NCBI GenBank assembly: GCA_023250495.1
Contig: JAHFAP010000010.1
Location: 1 to 33,260 of the forward strand
Reading direction: 5' to 3'
Length of the DNA stretch: 33,260 bases
Source of the DNA: Deltaproteobacteria bacterium
GTDB taxonomy: Bacteria; Desulfobacterota; Binatia; UBA9968
The position numbers and the translations under genes were made by a program. Below are positions 33,228 to 33,260 of this stretch, piece by piece (within the stretch, counting starts at the first letter, position 1; each line of letters starts with the position of its first letter). Under the pieces are notes generated by a model, which worked only from the letters and a program-made list of their open reading frames with translations, was not told the DNA's origin and searched no databases.

Positions 33228-33260
33228 AGGTCGGGGGTTCGAATCCCCTCGGCTCCACCA
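33228..33260 (+). repeat. Fragment copy of the tRNA-Ala 3' end (variable loop, T arm, acceptor 3' strand, CCA); att-like direct repeat
   Basis: AGGTCGGGGGTTCGAATCCCCTCGGCTCCACCA compared with 2048-2080 AGGCCGGGGGTTCGACTCCCCTCGGCTCCACCA: same strand, 31/33 identical, last 17 nt identical. No matching 5' acceptor strand, D arm or anticodon arm lies upstream. Confidence 0.7.

Noticed and set aside
32927-33260. A standard tmRNA (ssrA), or an intron-containing tRNA-Ala, ending at the terminal CCA
   Set aside because: No GG[AG]G[CT][CT]G 5' acceptor strand, D-arm or tag-ORF-like segment occurs in the 330 nt upstream, and the next upstream feature is a protein gene. 'AGGTC' is a tRNA variable loop rather than the tmRNA junction. 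A circularly permuted two-piece tmRNA cannot be excluded, because its coding piece would lie beyond the window.
1-33260. CRISPR arrays, rRNA genes, reverse transcriptases/retrons, restriction-modification or other known defence systems, prophage structural genes
   Set aside because: I saw no regularly spaced direct repeats. No listed ORF carries motifs of Cas proteins, reverse transcriptases, methyltransferases, integrases or phage proteins.

Overview
This is a GC-rich bacterial chromosomal window. The lineage cannot be assigned from sequence alone, though the gene content and intergenic repeat families resemble uncultured soil or sediment bacteria. The left flank is housekeeping: the 3' part of an MBL-fold gene, a dksA-like gene, galU and tRNA-Ala(CGC) at 2005-2080. 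The remaining ~31 kb looks like accessory metabolism. It holds nine periplasmic-binding-fold genes: four FbpA/AfuA-like ABC solute-binding paralogs, four NMT1/THI5(SsuA)-like genes and one 4,5-dihydroxyphthalate-decarboxylase-like gene. It also holds two phthalate-dioxygenase-like Rieske oxygenases, a Gfo/Idh/MocA dehydrogenase, a bicupin, and one fused ABC permease with no ATPase. Further genes are a divergent PEP-mutase/isocitrate-lyase-family and tartrate/D-malate-dehydrogenase pair, a cytochrome c plus sulfite-oxidase-family molybdoenzyme pair, and an ornithine-cyclodeaminase-family gene. An 8-gene minus-strand operon contains a tandem-fused family III CoA-transferase, a crotonase and an MBL-fold hydrolase. 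Mobile or selfish traces are orphan HigA-like and YgiT-type antitoxin-like genes, an AAA-ATPase/DUF4143 gene, and an alpha/beta-hydrolase gene remnant. There is also a 1082-bp IS1-family element with a 7-bp target duplication, inserted into a REP-like palindrome. The last 33 nt of the window are a 31/33 same-strand repeat of the tRNA-Ala 3' end. The 31 kb is therefore bracketed like a tRNA-integrated island, but no integrase is present. I found no CRISPR array, rRNA or recognisable defence system. The best candidate for an undescribed system is metabolic: a module combining CoA-dependent steps with Rieske oxygenases, of an aromatic-acid catabolic type. That is inference from family membership, not demonstration.
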